Below, piece by piece: positions 47,436 through 48,207 of a DNA stretch of 48,207 nucleotides. The number at the start of each line of letters is the position of its first letter. Positions within the stretch are counted from its first letter, which is position 1. The notes beneath the pieces were generated by a model. It worked only from the letters and a program-made list of their open reading frames with translations. It was not told the origin of the DNA and ran no database searches. Source of the DNA: Gemmatimonadota bacterium (GTDB lineage: Bacteria > Gemmatimonadota > Gemmatimonadetes > Gemmatimonadales > GWC2-71-9); contig JBDHAB010000034.1 of the NCBI GenBank assembly GCA_039588295.1, positions 1-48,207 on the forward strand, read 5' to 3'. Both the position numbers and the translations under genes were made by a program.

Positions 47436-48207
47436 GTGAAAACGATAGACGCCCTCATCGCGGCTCCGTCTCAAGCGCAAGAACCAATCCGCGCCGAGGT
47501 TTTCGGGATCGAACGGCTGATGGAGCACGCCGAGAGTCTGGCCGCGGCCCAACCCACCGATGAACGCTCAAAGGGACGCCGACTGCTCCCACGCGTTCGC
47601 GAGAACGGCAAGGTGCTGCTCGCCGGGTACCGGAACATCGTCGAGGCGGTTCGACAAAAGGGCCAGATCACACAAGCCGAGGAGTGGCTCCTCGACAACT
47701 TCCACGTCGTGGACGAGCAGATCCGGGAGATCCGGGACCACCTCCCGCGCAGCTTCTACAGGGTCCTGCCGAAGGTCGCAGAGGGCTACCACCTGGGTGG
47801 GTACCCGCGTGTGTACGGGCTGGCGTGGGCATATGTAGCCCATACCGACAGTCGATTCGACTTGGAGACGCTGCAGGCATTCGTGCGGGCCTACCAGCGC
47901 GTCCAGCCGCTCGGCATCGGTGAACTCTGGGCGGTCGCCATTCACCTGCGAGTGGCTCTGGTCGAAAACCTGCGGCGGCTGTCGGAGCTTGCCATCCGCG
48001 CCCGCCAGGCGCGGGCGCGCGCGGATGACGTGGCGGATCGCCTTCTGGGTCTCAGCGACCGGCCCGCGGAACCCATGGATGAAGTGCTGGGACTGCTTGG
48101 CACCGCTCCCCTCGACAGCGCGTTCGCCGTGCAGCTCGTGCAGCGGCTTCGGGACCAGCCGGCGTCGATCATGCCCGCCCTCGACTGGCTCAACGAGAAC
48201 CTGGCTG
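47436..48207 (+). CDS. ndvB: Cyclic beta-1,2-glucan synthase (Cgs/NdvB/ChvB), N-terminal part, runs off the window
   Basis: Manual translation gives EPIRAEVFGIERLMEHAESLA...EEWLLDNFHVVDEQIREIRDHLPRSFYRVLPK...YPRVYGLAWAYVAHTDS...IGELWAVAIHLRVALVENLRRL. Confidence 0.88.
   Translation, partial: MKTIDALIAAPSQAQEPIRAEVFGIERLMEHAESLAAAQPTDERSKGRRLLPRVRENGKVLLAGYRNIVEAVRQKGQITQAEEWLLDNFHVVDEQIREIRDHLPRSFYRVLPKVAEGYHLGGYPRVYGLAWAYVAHTDSRFDLETLQAFVRAYQRVQPLGIGELWAVAIHLRVALVENLRRLSELAIRARQARARADDVADRLLGLSDRPAEPMDEVLGLLGTAPLDSAFAVQLVQRLRDQPASIMPALDWLNENLA

Overview
GC-rich bacterial DNA, most consistent with a Gemmatimonadota-like heterotroph (inferred from the protein families, not from a marker gene). 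It has no rRNA, intact tRNA, CRISPR array, transposase or integrase that I can recognise. The window is a mosaic of accessory genes: (i) M1 and M24 peptidases; (ii) a sugar/galactose region with galM, two divergent large glycoside hydrolases, galK, a ROK kinase and an MFS sugar permease that appears to start at ATT; (iii) a CoA-activase fusion, a secreted CotH-like protein, M61/S9/M28 peptidases, an ABC-2 pair and an acetylesterase; (iv) two Ser/Thr kinase modules, one paired with an ECF43-type sigma factor; (v) a B12 radical SAM protein, a serine hydrolase, a DUF3892-tailed unknown protein and the 5' end of ndvB. The most striking non-coding signal is a family of at least five same-orientation intergenic repeats (17.3-29.1 kb, with a possible sixth at 41.1 kb). 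Its 29-bp core is identical in two copies and reproduces positions 31-54 of a tRNA-Arg(CCG), preceded by a GTCAC-repeat arm. These look like integrase att sites separating 1-2 gene modules, suggesting a cassette-like array or serial island accretion. Several truncated gene stubs at module junctions fit repeated insertion/deletion.
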